A stretch of DNA of 64,000 bases, from the NCBI GenBank assembly GCA_000002445.1, contig CM000208.1, forward strand, positions 896,001 through 960,000, written 5' to 3'. The position numbers were made by a program, and so were the translations under genes. Source of the DNA: Trypanosoma brucei (Eukaryota). The notes below the pieces were generated by a model. That model had not been told where the DNA came from. It made no database searches and was given only the letters and a program-made list of their open reading frames with translations. Shown piece after piece: positions 9,301-21,102 of the stretch (the first letter of the stretch is position 1; each line of letters starts with the position of its first letter).

Positions 9301-11804
9301 ACGCGTTGAACTCATGTGCGGAGTATCAGCACAAGCATGGAAAGCATTTGGGAAGAAAACGGCGTGAGGAAACTCTTCAGCAGCTACAGTTTATGGGGAA
9401 AACGTTGCCATCAGTTGCAGATACTTCACCCCTGTCTTCGCGTGAGGCAGCTACTGTTCCTGGAGGCGGTGAAATCAGTGCTGTTTCCGGTGTGAACGGC
9501 TCTGCAGTTGAGACCCAACAAACAACGAAGGGCGTCACTAATGCGTCGCACACTCAGCTTGAGCTAGAGTTGTTGCTCCGACGGCGAAACGGGGAACAAA
9601 AGTGGGGTGTGCACCTCACCTCATCCCTTTGCTTAGCAAACATCGATGACGTTAGTGTAGTAGCGGGTGGTAGGTTGCGTTGTGTCTGCGGAGATGTGAC
9701 TAGCGCGATTTCACCGAAACAGTTATGCAGAGTGCTGCTACAAGGGAGTGTTGAGGATATTTCTTCAACCTCAAATGAGATTAATAAACATCATATGTTG
9801 GCTCTTCGACGTTTCGTTGCTGTATCTACAGGTGAGAAGGTGGACACCATATATGAAAGCAGCAATAAAACGTGGGATAATGGTTGTGAAGCCGCGTCTA
9901 TTCTGGATGAAAATTCAGACGGTGTAAAGCTCACTAAGGTTGCCGAAGTTTTCTCCGTTTCATCACCACGACACCCGCAAACGTTAACAACTGAATCGAG
10001 GGGGGAGATCGACACGGTGGTGGGAGACTCCCGTACGTTGCTCCACAACTGTCGGTGGGCTTTGAAGGGTATCAACGATGCGGAGGTGGCTGACCGGAAG
10101 CAAGTGGCGGCAGTGTTTGTGACAATTGGAAAGCAGCGGGAAGTGCGCTTGCGCTTTCGGACCACTATTGATCTTCCTCTTTCGCACATCAACGAACATG
10201 GGAATGACAGTAATAACGCGGGTGGTACTGAGCGCTGTGAGCTTCCAGCCGTTGCTGAGCTTACGCTTTCGATAGCCGAAGGAAATGGTAGTTGCGGGAA
10301 ATCTGGGTGGGGAGTGATGATTGACAAAAGTTCGCTCGCTCTGCTGAACCTGTCTGAGCTTCTCCAGCAACGGCAAGTGGGGGTGAGCGGAAGGCTTAAC
10401 CCACCAATACCTTCTTACATAAACCCTTCCGCCGCTGATGGGATGTATGTGCTCCATGCCTTGGATGGGATTCCCGTCGCCTCTCAACAGGAGGTTAGCT
10501 TACATATGGGAAAACGAAGACAAGCTTTGAAGGGTGTATCCAATGGTAAGTGCAGTTCCCTGCGTTTGCAACTCCGACGCTTGCAAGGACATCCGCAAAA
10601 AGGTGTGGCAACAGTTGAAACCGCTAAGCTACCGGGGGCGACAATGAAAACTATTGTAGCTGCCGGTGTTGAAGCGGATGGAAAGAGGGACAAAGTGACG
10701 ACGGTGGTGAATTCAACGACCACAGTCGAGGACGTAAGCGATGCGGCGGAAAGTGAATCCGGCTTGACGCCTTTACTACCTTGCAGCCCACAATGTGTGC
10801 CTCTCACCTCAGTGCAACTTCGACGCAGTGTGTTCACCATTGCGATAAATCGCTCTGCAGGTGCCCCTCGGGGTCGTTGGGGAATTAGGGTACAGCGCGG
10901 TACTCGGCGGCTGCAGTACATTCAGCACAATCAGTACTTCACATTTCAGGTGTACACGGCGAAACAGAACCAAGCCGTTCGCATTGCCGATAACTTGCGC
11001 TTACATACACACCAGCTGAAAAGTTCTGGCACCTCGGAGCCGGACGATGGTACGGTGGCAAGCGAAACGGAAGAAAAAGAGAGAACCACCGCAGCATCCT
11101 TCTCTTATTTTATTTACATGATTGCAGGTGTTAACTACCGACATGTCGGTACCAACGAAGAGCTACGAGCATCTCTCACAGAAGCGGGGCGTTCGCATGA
11201 AGAATCTGTAATTCTACACGTCCAACAATATCGTTTGGCTTACATTGCGCTTTCTGTTAAGCGGAAAGAGGTTGCGGGAGGAGGAGCACTTGAACCCGTT
11301 GGCTTGTGTATATCAAAAGATATGGTGATCAAATCTGTTGTCGCTGGTAGCGCGGTAGCACGAGCCATCATCGCTGCTACACATGAGGACTGCTCACTAC
11401 GCGGCCTCATTGTGGAGGATCCATCCAGCAGTGGTGGGAACTTTTCCTCGCCCAACCAAACGTGGCGGTTCGATCTTGATGAAGACGAAGAAGGGCAGCA
11501 CATCCAAACTAATTCCCCAGTGGGGGATGCTGGTGCGCGTAATGTACCAGGTAATTCCAACTCTGATGCCGTATTAGGTAGACGAGTCGCTCACTGGAAC
11601 ATGGTGGACGGTGTAGCACTCTGTGCTACACATGATAAGGTGGAGTCTTCAGCTGGTGGTGAGTCAAGAAATCGTTTTGTCTGGCGAATACTATACGCTG
11701 CTCGAGCTGGCCCACTGCGCACACCCCAAGATGTGGCGCGGACCTTCGCTAGCAACATTCAAGAGGATACGATTTTTGTTCAACAATGCGTAATGGACGA
11801 CTAG
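6396..11804 (+). CDS. Large hypothetical protein (1802 aa) with an Arg-rich, mitochondrial-presequence-like N-terminus. It has an internal Cys/His cluster and possible PDZ-like segments near the C-terminus.
   Basis: Uninterrupted 5.4-kb ORF starting at ATG 6396, directly downstream of the polypyrimidine tract 6303-6333. The N-terminus is MLFTCSSRRLVGRTLTLYLLRRN. There is a CTACYSRCHDALNSC..H..H cluster. I recognise no confident catalytic domain. Confidence 0.6.
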   Translation: MLFTCSSRRLVGRTLTLYLLRRNCSALTASVSRTVPSDESVATSGGRIVSAAPAPNLARKETQRKQVRRSKPSTAATAKGESTGEEGTESVEHILSLVSASQVRACIESHEPEVSSSFAASPQTPVTQALQLHRRLASEKQQPHIGIGETTVSSSASIASERVERRRKKWTVAESEFDAGITERLLPEIRRLAALHELHYGDAVMREVDSSTYFASLGGATASVADMRADDDINDADLTDDEFLKFEAEQVEVAGGPVLYNTSSSGIIEKCQKKEEITNAANDEEKVCAHSLQTPWFVPAGGVVRLEPLPPEDVLCLLKFLMHLRQQTLDQLPVPLQAKVSATERVLRSVHQEEKSKEIPIVPRAVADGGTTCISFEDVMVYLDKAPSPILGFTENLPPGESPAFVFVLYTENVSLQNAIGHMSALFEIPQRAFLTCTAVSKMSCGAVLCAVTPNQVRREHLLLLNTMRHPGFVIRVGSIQEVKDAERIASLFGDLARWQPLHEVEVLLRRVSCRSRQELEHRLRAIKEVGAVFFCSNREASLVRAATDLLHGFYRSALLSALHRRHAPLELRQFIKRPNVITAARARRASTDPTIRQALKNYELTQGNWEQTVARIPYVWRRRWLNALRSSVWNVMASRRLSLDGASRRVIPGDIVFRPEYRADVHHRMIPTVKAEHVMVVRDEEEAALCSVEDICIPFLRGTYPPELFAPEETKHPIMTNTSMLAILRELHAPQLLLGMNDACRQLMDIRCDCAPLLFRRLIIRPIAVSFTVLEDKPPVKSVHFDAARLLLNDRLMHQNALRRNPLQKSDPSKRCGVGADGEASLPSCSSLANQDVVLDQTTIGARLMSGVLAEEFFTTPDRSDYVTLGHVTRKLHGNFVAAAPQTPEDALGTVDRLYSVHIHAVLRYGVGAMSQLLREYFILGGVEAESDSALQHKVHRMRRELDNETQYLTAPTFCTACYSRCHDALNSCAEYQHKHGKHLGRKRREETLQQLQFMGKTLPSVADTSPLSSREAATVPGGGEISAVSGVNGSAVETQQTTKGVTNASHTQLELELLLRRRNGEQKWGVHLTSSLCLANIDDVSVVAGGRLRCVCGDVTSAISPKQLCRVLLQGSVEDISSTSNEINKHHMLALRRFVAVSTGEKVDTIYESSNKTWDNGCEAASILDENSDGVKLTKVAEVFSVSSPRHPQTLTTESRGEIDTVVGDSRTLLHNCRWALKGINDAEVADRKQVAAVFVTIGKQREVRLRFRTTIDLPLSHINEHGNDSNNAGGTERCELPAVAELTLSIAEGNGSCGKSGWGVMIDKSSLALLNLSELLQQRQVGVSGRLNPPIPSYINPSAADGMYVLHALDGIPVASQQEVSLHMGKRRQALKGVSNGKCSSLRLQLRRLQGHPQKGVATVETAKLPGATMKTIVAAGVEADGKRDKVTTVVNSTTTVEDVSDAAESESGLTPLLPCSPQCVPLTSVQLRRSVFTIAINRSAGAPRGRWGIRVQRGTRRLQYIQHNQYFTFQVYTAKQNQAVRIADNLRLHTHQLKSSGTSEPDDGTVASETEEKERTTAASFSYFIYMIAGVNYRHVGTNEELRASLTEAGRSHEESVILHVQQYRLAYIALSVKRKEVAGGGALEPVGLCISKDMVIKSVVAGSAVARAIIAATHEDCSLRGLIVEDPSSSGGNFSSPNQTWRFDLDEDEEGQHIQTNSPVGDAGARNVPGNSNSDAVLGRRVAHWNMVDGVALCATHDKVESSAGGESRNRFVWRILYAARAGPLRTPQDVARTFASNIQEDTIFVQQCVMDD

Positions 11805-13083
11805 GCGTGTTTGTGTTGCTTTTTTTGGCAACGGAGGAAAGTGCAGGCACGTTACAAATGGTTGTGGGACGCGTGGCGCGTTTTTCGTTCTCTCTCCGTC
11901 AATTTCAGTCCCGTTTCCTTTATCATTTGTTCCGCCCTTTTCACTATTTCGCATTCTTGTGGTGAGCTCTTTTTTCCTCTTTATTTGTGAAGACGAGAGA
12001 AGAGCATTCTTTTCAGTTAAATAACAGTTAAGTTAACGGGTGTACACTTCCGCGGGTGGAGCCACACTCAACTAAGAAGAAAATAGGAGCTGCCGTACGC
12101 ACACTGATAAAGGGATTTCTTTTTCTATTTACTTGTTGTGGTGTTGGGTTATTTTTGCGTGTTTTTTTGTGTGTTGTCTTTATTATTTTTTTTTTCGTTT
12201 ACTGAAGTCTACAATAACAGAAATAGTAAAGACATTACCACTTGTTTTAAGGGGAATGGGGGCGAGTATGGAAAAAAAAATGAACAAATCAAGGACTAAA
12301 CGAGCGTAGGCATTGTGTTCCTATGACACATATTCGAAAGGAAAGTGGGAGATTGTGAGGGATACATGCATGCAGCGGATTGGAAGAAGGAAAGACGATA
12401 TACATTTGTGTATCCGCATGTGTGACTTGTTACCGTTGTTATGTGGAAAAGTGGGGTAACACTACGGAAAGAGATGAGGCTCATTGTATAGTGCCAGTGG
12501 CGAGTGAAAAGACGCAGCGGAATGATAAAATATATTTTCTTTGTATTTATAAATTGTTTGCGCGTCTTATTGGTACTTTCTTGGTCTTTTTTGTTTTGTA
12601 CCCTGATGCCTCTCCGTTGCCGTGACCTCCTAAGTTCCTTCCGTAGTTACTACACATTTTCTTTTCATTTCACACATCTCTACTATTCCCTACATGGTGG
12701 GCTGGAACTTTTAGGTGCATCTTTGCTCCTCCTTTACTCCGCCTTCCAAATTCATTCGGTATGATCATGTTAATACAATCGGTATCTGCTGCTCCGTTCG
12801 TGTGCCATCTTAACGGGAAGTCAACTATTATAATCTTTATTTTTCTTTCCTTCTGTATCTTTTTGTCCAAAACAGAATATATTGTTTGGTGCGGTTTACT
12901 GTTATTGTCGTCGTGCTAAGAGTGAGTATATATTGATAAACTGCTACGTATATTTGTAAATATATTTATATCTGGATATCATTCTTGGATTATAGTCAGT
13001 GGGAGAAGGTTGAAAGCTTGTAAAAGGGAGGGGGAAGAGACGATTTGTGCGGTTGTGTACGTGATCAAAGGAGGTGGTTGACC

Positions 13084-14283
13084 ATGCAGGAACGTCAGGA
13101 GGAGTACGCCTCACTTTCTGAGCGGGAGCAGTTGCGGCAAGACGTCATTGCCAAAACTATACGGCGCAATGAATCACGGGCACGCGTCCGTGAGGTTGCA
13201 AAGGCAATGGAGGCATCGGAGAGGGAGTTGATGCGCGTGGTGGATCAACTTAGTGCTCTCATGAGCATTGGCCACTTCGTTGGTGAAATTCTTCACAAGG
13301 TGGATGAAGAGCGGTTTATCGTACAGAGCGTTTCCGGTGCCCGCCATCTCGTTGGTTACAAGAAAAGTATCAAGCCGGAGAAGCTGAAAATTGGAACTCG
13401 TGTCGCACTGGAAATTACAACGCTAACAATTGTGAAAGTGCTTCCCCGTGAGGTTGACCCACAGGTATATAACATGCAAGTTATGGAGAACGAGAAGAAT
13501 ATTTCGTTCCAGGAAATCGGTGGCTTGCAGGAGCAGATGCGGCAAATGCGAGAGGTCGTAGAACTTCCTCTGACGAATCCGGAGTTGTTTGTGCGTGTCG
13601 GTATTTCACCTCCTAAGGGCGTGCTTCTTTACGGCCCGCCGGGAACCGGCAAGACGCTACTTGCTAAAGCAATTGCGTCCAATGTTGACGCTGCTTTCCT
13701 GAAAATTGTAGCGTCCTCTATTGTAGATAAATATATTGGCGAGTCGGCACGAGTACTGCGTGAGATGTTTGCTTTTGCGCGCGATCATGAGCCATGCATT
13801 ATTTTTATTGATGAAGTGGATGCTATTGGCGGGAAGCGAATCGAGGGTAGTTCCTCCGACCGCGAGGTTCAGCGTACGCTAATGGAACTACTGCATCAGA
13901 TGGATGGCTTTGAGAAGCTAGGGAAAGTGAAAGTGATTATGGCGACCAACCGCCCCGACACGTTGGACCCCGCGCTTATGCGTCCCGGGAGGTTAGACCG
14001 TAAAATCGAAATCGGACTACCGAACGAGGCCGGTCGTCTTGACGTGCTGAAGATTCACGCATCCAAGATTACGAAACAAGGCGACATTGATTACGACTCG
14101 ATCGTCAAACTCTCTGAAGGTTTTAATGGTGCCGACTTACGCAATGTTTGTACCGAGGCCGGGATGTTTGCCCTTCGCGCGGGCAGGGATTACGTCATCA
14201 ACGAAGACTTCAACAAAGCAACCCGGAAGGTGGCAGATTCTAAGAAACTGGAGAGTGCTCCACATCAATACTCAGAGCAATAG
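13084..14283 (+). CDS. RPT4: 26S proteasome regulatory-particle AAA-ATPase subunit Rpt4 (PSMC6 orthologue).
   Basis: Walker A GPPGTGKT, Walker B IIFIDEVD and an AAA lid. The stretch [49 protein letters not shown] is near-identical to PSMC6. The track start at 13045 is TTG; the first ATG is 13084. Confidence 0.85.
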   Translation: MQERQEEYASLSEREQLRQDVIAKTIRRNESRARVREVAKAMEASERELMRVVDQLSALMSIGHFVGEILHKVDEERFIVQSVSGARHLVGYKKSIKPEKLKIGTRVALEITTLTIVKVLPREVDPQVYNMQVMENEKNISFQEIGGLQEQMRQMREVVELPLTNPELFVRVGISPPKGVLLYGPPGTGKTLLAKAIASNVDAAFLKIVASSIVDKYIGESARVLREMFAFARDHEPCIIFIDEVDAIGGKRIEGSSSDREVQRTLMELLHQMDGFEKLGKVKVIMATNRPDTLDPALMRPGRLDRKIEIGLPNEAGRLDVLKIHASKITKQGDIDYDSIVKLSEGFNGADLRNVCTEAGMFALRAGRDYVINEDFNKATRKVADSKKLESAPHQYSEQ

Positions 14284-15903
14284 CTTCCGTTGGCGTCGTG
14301 ACAGTGTGTTCTAAAGAGGAATGGTGTGCTCAACTGTAGAGAAACGAGGTGCGGTGTCGGATGAGAAGAAACGAAAAACAAACAGGGGAACACATTAATG
14401 TGCAGTCGTTTGGAACAGGAAGGAGGAAGAGCATGTGTCGTGTGTCGTGTGTTCAATGACTGTGATGTGGGTGAAATGCAGGAAAAAACTCTGGAATTTC
14501 AATGGTGCTCCAAAGGGAAGCAAGGGAGGAAGGGGATGTGCTTGTGGTTACGTAAATCGGTGGGATATTCGCATTGAGAAAAAAATACGTTGCGAGTTGA
14601 TCTGAAACCTCCAATGACAGTGATGATGATGATGATATAAAAAATGGTACCATTGCCGGCAAGTGGAACACAGTAAGGGTTTCCCTTAGGTTCACATGGG
14701 AACGAAACCGTTGTTCTTTTGGGAAGGGCCGTTGCTTTCATCCTCTTTTTGTTTTCACGGCAGATACTGGCTTCCAATAACACGAAACACGTCAAACACA
14801 TTTTTAAAAATACTTTTGGTTGACGTATTATTTCCCCCTTCCTCTCTTTTTATTCTCCCACATCCCCCCTTCCCTTGTCGATCCGCTACTGCTAGTCTCA
14901 CCACGTTACAGAATTGTGTGACATGACACAAGAAAAAAAAAATTACCCATTCAAACCGAACACTAAACCCTAAAGGAGACGACATTAAATGAAGGGAAAC
15001 AAAAGTTTACCCTTTTTTTTGTTGTTTGAAGTACTGTTGTACCACATTAATTAACTGCGTGCACTATTGACCAACTTCTCTTTCTATTTTTTTTTTTTTG
15101 ACTTCTCTTGTTAAGGGATAAACAAAACATTCTACTAAATCAGGTAATTGATAAGTTGGCGTGTGTTGGAGGTCCGTATGTTACCGAATGGTGCAGGTTT
15201 CTCCATTTGTATGCAACCGCAGGGGAAATGCAACCCCAACGTTGCTCATAATTCCTCACCCTCTAAACGTAACGCAGCATCCTTAAGCGTTAGAAACAAT
15301 AATAATTGGGCGAGGGGAGAGCGACATCTGTTTTGCTTCGCGTTTCTCTTTTCTGTTTTATGCATCATGTGAAGAAGGAGTTGTGGAAGGCGAAATATCT
15401 TCGGGGTTTAATAATAAGGAGGAAGGTACGCGGCATTGATGGTATTGAAGCGCATTGTGAAATGTTTTTCTTCCCCCTTTTTTTCGTCAGCAGCGGTGTT
15501 GCGGGCCGACCCCCGCCATCTCATATAATTGCCGTTCTGGAAGGCATGTGGTGGAAACAAAAAGTGGAAGGTCCCCCTTTTTCTTGTTTTTTTTTTCATC
15601 TCTCTCTCTCTCTCTTCCCTTGTGGAGCGACTGTAGCGAGCATCCCATTATAATAAGGCGAGTCATTACTATGCCGAAGTGTCCGTATTGTGTAAGATTG
15701 ATCCTATACCGTTATTTGTATTGAAGATCATACGACCATGTGACACGCGGTTTCCCTTTTTGTTATAACAAATTATACTGTTACGCCTTTTTGTGTGTTC
15801 TTTGTTTTTTTTTGTTCTTTTAGTGTAGTGGTAGTGAGCATATATTTTAAACCTTGTAGGCAAAGTCTTTAAAAAAAAAAAAAAAGACCGTTAGATTCAA
15901 TAG

Positions 15904-15943
15904 TTCTTTTTTCTTTTTCTTAGCTGACTTGCCACTGTTTTTG
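15904..15943 (+). promoter_or_regulatory. Polypyrimidine tract upstream of the gene at 15945.
   Basis: ttcttttttctttttcttagctgacttgccactgtttttgt immediately precedes the ATG. Confidence 0.4.
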
Positions 15944-15944
15944 T

Positions 15945-17093
15945 ATGGATCCTTTGGACGATTGGGACGTCGTTGGGGCCGATGATTTTACACCTCGTGT
16001 TTCCAGTGGTGACAAAAATGAGGATCCGAGTACAAAGAAAGATGCCGATGATTCTTTATTAAACCATGAAGAAAATGCCGTTAGCAGTAAAGATTCCGTA
16101 AATGTTTATAACACTCCCTCTTTTGTGAAAAGTAAATGTAGAATCCCTTCCGAGCCTCAGGTCGTAAGAAATGATAGTACACCTTCCAATAATTACAATA
16201 TTGTTGCAAGTCCCGGCAATGAAGGTGAGCCTTCAGTACAGCGCCCACCGGCGCATCGTGAAATTACTGGAGCTAGTGTTCTGCAAGCACGGGGAATATT
16301 ACATGAAAGCTTTGACAACAGTAATGCGCAAGAAGTTGTTCATCGCTGTCAATATGTAAAACATGCGGTGGAACCGCAGCAAAATTCCGTGAGCGCGGTT
16401 TCCAATTCAAGATTATATAATTTGATTGGAAAGCTGTTGTGTGCGGGGCAGTTATTGGGTTTGGCGACGCCCATTAGTGACGGGGAGGAACAGAATTGTT
16501 GGGCATTATCAGTTAAGTTGTGGAGTCACACGTCGTGTATCATTAAACAGATGGGCTCTGCTGGACAACTTATGTGTTTTATGGCATTTCTTTACTTTGT
16601 TTCCGCTGCCCCAGTGGGACGGAATAAGACGGAACACTGCAGTCCCTCCATCAACTGTTGCAGTCTTTTTAAGGATGGTGTACGGTATTTTTGTTATTTG
16701 CTATTTCTAGTGGGACCACTACTTCGCATTGCGGAGTTTGCTGTCCAAAAGAGGTCCTTTGGTAAAGCGCTGCACGGCTGTGAGGTTGGAGGAAGGGCGC
16801 ATAAAATAGTGTGTAAAGCAGTTACATGGTTTGGTAAGTGCATACTAACGACTGCATTAATCGTGCCGCAAGAACCAAAGGGAGGAGCGGCGGTTAGTTA
16901 TGTGACTGCCAAAGAAACAGTGGGTAGTTGTAAAACCAAAGTTAGCGATACAACGGAGTGTTTTGCTAGAGTGAACAGCGCCTCGGAGAAGTCGGTTCTT
17001 GGAGTGAACCGTCTCTTGTTTGTCGTTGTTTGCATTTCACTAGTTTCAATTATGCGCGATGCTGAAGAGCGTTGTACCCCTTCATCCCGCTGA
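15945..17093 (+). CDS. Hypothetical protein (382 aa) with a hydrophilic acidic N-terminal half and a multi-pass hydrophobic C-terminal half.
   Basis: ATG at 15945 immediately after the pyrimidine tract 15904-15943. The ORF lies on the same strand as its neighbours. I see several predicted TM-like segments and no recognisable domain. Confidence 0.45.
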   Translation: MDPLDDWDVVGADDFTPRVSSGDKNEDPSTKKDADDSLLNHEENAVSSKDSVNVYNTPSFVKSKCRIPSEPQVVRNDSTPSNNYNIVASPGNEGEPSVQRPPAHREITGASVLQARGILHESFDNSNAQEVVHRCQYVKHAVEPQQNSVSAVSNSRLYNLIGKLLCAGQLLGLATPISDGEEQNCWALSVKLWSHTSCIIKQMGSAGQLMCFMAFLYFVSAAPVGRNKTEHCSPSINCCSLFKDGVRYFCYLLFLVGPLLRIAEFAVQKRSFGKALHGCEVGGRAHKIVCKAVTWFGKCILTTALIVPQEPKGGAAVSYVTAKETVGSCKTKVSDTTECFARVNSASEKSVLGVNRLLFVVVCISLVSIMRDAEERCTPSSR

Positions 17094-18433
17094 TACGATT
17101 TTTGGTTATGATAATCACCACAGCACACGGTGCTACCTTTATTTCAGTGAAACTGCTTAATGTTTTGTTTAAGGGACGGCTCCGCAACGGAAACGGGTGT
17201 AGAAGAAGAACAAAAAAAATGAGAGAAGAGAAGTTAATATGATTAAGTTGGAAAGAAAAAGTGGGCGTTTGCATGTGGGTATGTGTGCTTTCCAAGCATG
17301 AATACTGGATTTTGCCTTAGTTCGAACCCCTGGCTTGCGCTTGACTTCTTTTTTTTGTTTCCACATATATATATATATGTCATTGTTAGCATTTTTATGC
17401 TAGTTGCGTTATCTTTTTTTGCTTTATTGTTCGTTCACTCCCTCTTTTACCCCCCCCCCTCATCACATTATATATACGTATATGTTCACGAGTATGTATG
17501 TTTCAGTTGTGGTTTTGTGTGCTTCCTGAAAAAAACGGCTGTTCCATCCAGTGACTTCGAAATGGGAGGTGGAAGTAATAAAAAAAAAAGACGAAACAGA
17601 GGGGAAAGAAAGTTTCATATTACATTACTTATCACATTCCAACCAATTGTGGTTTCGGTAATTTTCAGGTGAACTAAGACAAATAATAGGTAAAAAAATA
17701 AATGAGAAGAAAATAACAGAAATGATGAAGCCGGGGTTGAAACTTGCTTCTGTTGGAAAAGGAAGAAATCGTGTGAGGTCATATTTTTCTCGGATTTATT
17801 CCTGTTGTTGTTTGATTAGTTTCTTTTTGGAGTTCTCTTCCTTACGTTTATCTCCTTTTTTTTTTGTTCGGTTACTTTCACGGTTCTTTCCCGCAAGCGC
17901 AAATGTATCTATCGTGGTTTTGTCAGACCATATCTATGTTTGCGTTTACATATTTAGTCTTACTTTAATGTCAACTTTGCGTCATTTATTCAGGCTCCCT
18001 TGTAATACTTTCCACTCGCCTCTCGTACGCCCAGGGAAGGGGGCAGCAGCAACGAGAAAGGAAGGGCTAACGCGAAATATATACATATATATGCCAGAAA
18101 AATATTTCAAATACGAAACAGATGGACAAAAAACATGAATTATTCAAAACAAAGCAAAAGAAGTGAGAGGAACGGAATGTGGACACTCTTTTTTTCTCTC
18201 TCTCTCTCTTACATTTCGTACCATTAGCAAGTGGTCACACAAGTGCAATTGACGCTACTGCGTGTAATTTAATGGCTCAATGGGGGTTGAAACCCGTGCA
18301 TGAAGGATTTCCATCATCTTTTAAAACCAAACATTATTTCCACTTCTCCTGCTTCTCGTCGCCCCCCCTTTTTTGTTTTCACGCCCTCGCTGCCACATCA
18401 TCTATTGTAGTATTCTGTTCCCTGAGGTGAAAG

Positions 18434-19114
18434 ATGAAGCTTCTAAAGTTCGTCAACTGTGATGCCCCAAACGTGAGCCCGGAAGCTCTTCACTTCTCAA
18501 TGTCAAGACAACGTGTTTCGCTTCACAGCGGTGACACTTCCGATAGGAGATCTGGAAGCAGAAGTTCCGCAACTGAGGGTAATGCATCTATAGGGAAAAC
18601 GTGGCGCATTGCGGAGGGAGGAACCCCAATAACTGGAGGTTATTGGTTGTTGGGCGATAACAATGAGCCAATAGGCCCTGTTCAGGAGGTTATACTTGCC
18701 GTCCCGGAGGTTAAGGAGGCTGATGTTACTCCACGAGGCATCAACGAATCTGTTGTGAAAAATGTAGAGTTTTTCAGTAAATTTGGAAGGTCCATGCAGC
18801 GAACCAGGGAAACATTTGGCGATACGTATTTGTCTGCTCCCAAAAGCGTTATTCCTCTATCGGATGCGGAGCGAACCTTTGCGAAACGGGCAGAGAGGGC
18901 GCGTATGCCTCTGAAGCGAAGAGCAGAGGCGGTAGATGCTGAAGGGGGGCCCGGCGGTGAGGTAGTGGCGGCAGCGGCAACGGCAACGGCAGCGGCAGCA
19001 AATCCAACAGCATGTGTGGAACCCAGCCCGCGTCCCGTTAAGAAAGAGAAGAAAAGCAAAAAGATCACTACCCCGACTCTTACTCCGGTGCGAAGCATTA
19101 AAAAGGAAACGTGA
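18434..19114 (+). CDS. Hypothetical protein (226 aa) with a Lys-rich C-terminus and an Ala/Thr low-complexity tract.
   Basis: ATG-initiated ORF in the plus-strand array. The C-terminus KKEKKSKKITTPTLTPVRSIKKET looks like an NLS. No recognisable domain. Confidence 0.45.
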   Translation: MKLLKFVNCDAPNVSPEALHFSMSRQRVSLHSGDTSDRRSGSRSSATEGNASIGKTWRIAEGGTPITGGYWLLGDNNEPIGPVQEVILAVPEVKEADVTPRGINESVVKNVEFFSKFGRSMQRTRETFGDTYLSAPKSVIPLSDAERTFAKRAERARMPLKRRAEAVDAEGGPGGEVVAAAATATAAAANPTACVEPSPRPVKKEKKSKKITTPTLTPVRSIKKET

Positions 19115-19472
19115 TACATCAGGGACCGAAGTATGTCGCCTCCCATCGTGACGCCGTGTGCTATGAGAGTTTGTTTTTTCTTTTTTCTTTTTCTAAGTTT
19201 GAATACTGTGTGAGTATGCTTGTGTTATGGGACATTCAGTTGAGGGTGGTGCTTGCGCATTTACTCGGTTTGTACGTTCAAAAAAAAAGGGGGTTAAATA
19301 TTGTGTGTGTTTGTGTGTGTGTTTGTGAACGTGTGGTATCGATCGTGGTGTTTACGACAGCGGATCAGCATTGAAATAAAAGAGGATTTTACGCAGCTGA
19401 GACTTCCAAAAGGGAGTGGATGAAAAATGGAGGAGGGGAAAAAATTGTAAGTAGATTGCTTTTTCTTTTCAC

Positions 19473-19476
<4 letters not shown>

Positions 19477-19526
<50 letters not shown>
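19477..19526. repeat. (AT)25 microsatellite.
   Basis: Perfect 50-bp AT dinucleotide run in the intergenic spacer. Confidence 0.95.
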
Positions 19527-19531
<5 letters not shown>

Positions 19532-21102
19532 CTCATTTATTAGTTCTGTTTGTTTTGTGATATAAAAGAAACCGGACAAAATATCTGGCAGCTTTTTCTC
19601 CAAGAAGAAGAGAAGGAGCTGAAAAAAATATCAACATTAATAACAGGTAAAAGTGATATATTCTAAAAAATAAGTTTTTTTTAAAAAAGGAATCAGAACT
19701 TACCGACAGAAACAATAAAAACAAAGAAAAATGAAAAAAAAAGAAAAGAAAAGTATTCCACGCATTTATTTTCCACTTCCCACAGAAATCCCGAACCTTC
19801 TTTCTTTCAATAATTTACTGATTTTGGTTTCGACATACCGTTGCTGCAAGAAATCAACGCTGTTTTGTTTTAAGGGGAAAATAAATATTATATAAACAAA
19901 CGCGTAATAAACAAATGGAGGAAAGAAAGAAAAAGATGTGCCGGTTTAAGGTTGAATATAAAGCATAAAAATGTTTGGACGCGGCAACGTTAAGAGTACT
20001 GATGTGCGCGTGTACTCTTATGCGGTCGCAGAGTTAAATAATTTATAATGACTACGGTTAAACTCCTTACTGTTCCGCTCTCTTACACCTCACTGTAACC
20101 CATTTCACTAGCACTCAACTGTATGTATGTGTTTGTTTATTACACACCCACCCTCTTTTGATTCACTACCCTCCGCCTCGACGTTATCTTGTAATGTTAC
20201 TTTCCTTCTCTTCCATTTATATAGATAAATATTTAAGGAAAAAGTAAAGTTTTTCACTCTCTCCTCAAAAAAAAAAAATGCAACAATAAGATCAAATGAA
20301 GTTTACTGGGATTTGCTGTTTTGTTAACTACAGTAAAGGTGTGATCAACTTTATTTGTATGTGAAGAAAGTGTTGAGTTTGATCGATCTGACAAGTTGTG
20401 TACTGACATAGTAGAGTAAATGAGTGAATGCGTTACGACAGCTGCGGTTGATCGATGCAACTGTGCGTACTTGATTACACGACGCCACGTCAAAGGAGCG
20501 TACCCAACGGATCGATCGATGAAAATCATATTGCTGTCTTTCTTTTACGTGGTACTTTTTCGTCGTATTTGTCTTTTTTTTTTTTTTGCGATGGCTGAGG
20601 TAGGGATCTTCAAATTTTTTTTTCAGTATGTCACCGCCACTATCTTTACTCCTAGTTTTTAGTGTCAATTTTTTTTTCATACTTTGGGGAACTGACCCCT
20701 AACTATGTCGCAATTGGTGACCCCTCCCCGCGAGAATAAATGTTAATAACAAGTTGTGAAATGCAAAAAGAAAAAGTAAATCGAATGGTTGTATAGTTTT
20801 TGAACGATGCAAATAAGTCGGTACAAGTAACAAAAGAACTTTTCTAAGTAAATATGTAGTTCCTATGTAATCTCACACTTTCACTCCCTTCCTTTGCTTT
20901 GCTTTGATATTCTATTGACATATCACTTGTTCAAATGTCGCTAAGCCCCTCCAACATATCTGCCCACTCTTATTATAATACCGTACTAAACCCAGCTGAA
21001 AGGGGGCTGAGGCGGGAGTAATACGGATATACGATTTTTTTCAGGGAAAGAAAATAGTGGAGCGACGAGTTGTACACACTTTCTTTAATATCCTGCTACA
21101 TT

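Noticed and set aside
17310-17335. tRNA T-loop-like string ttagTTCGAACCcctgg in the spacer between the genes at 15945 and 18434.
   Set aside because: The flanking sequence cannot form a 5-bp T-stem or an acceptor stem on either strand, and there is no A-box. It is an isolated motif, not a tRNA.
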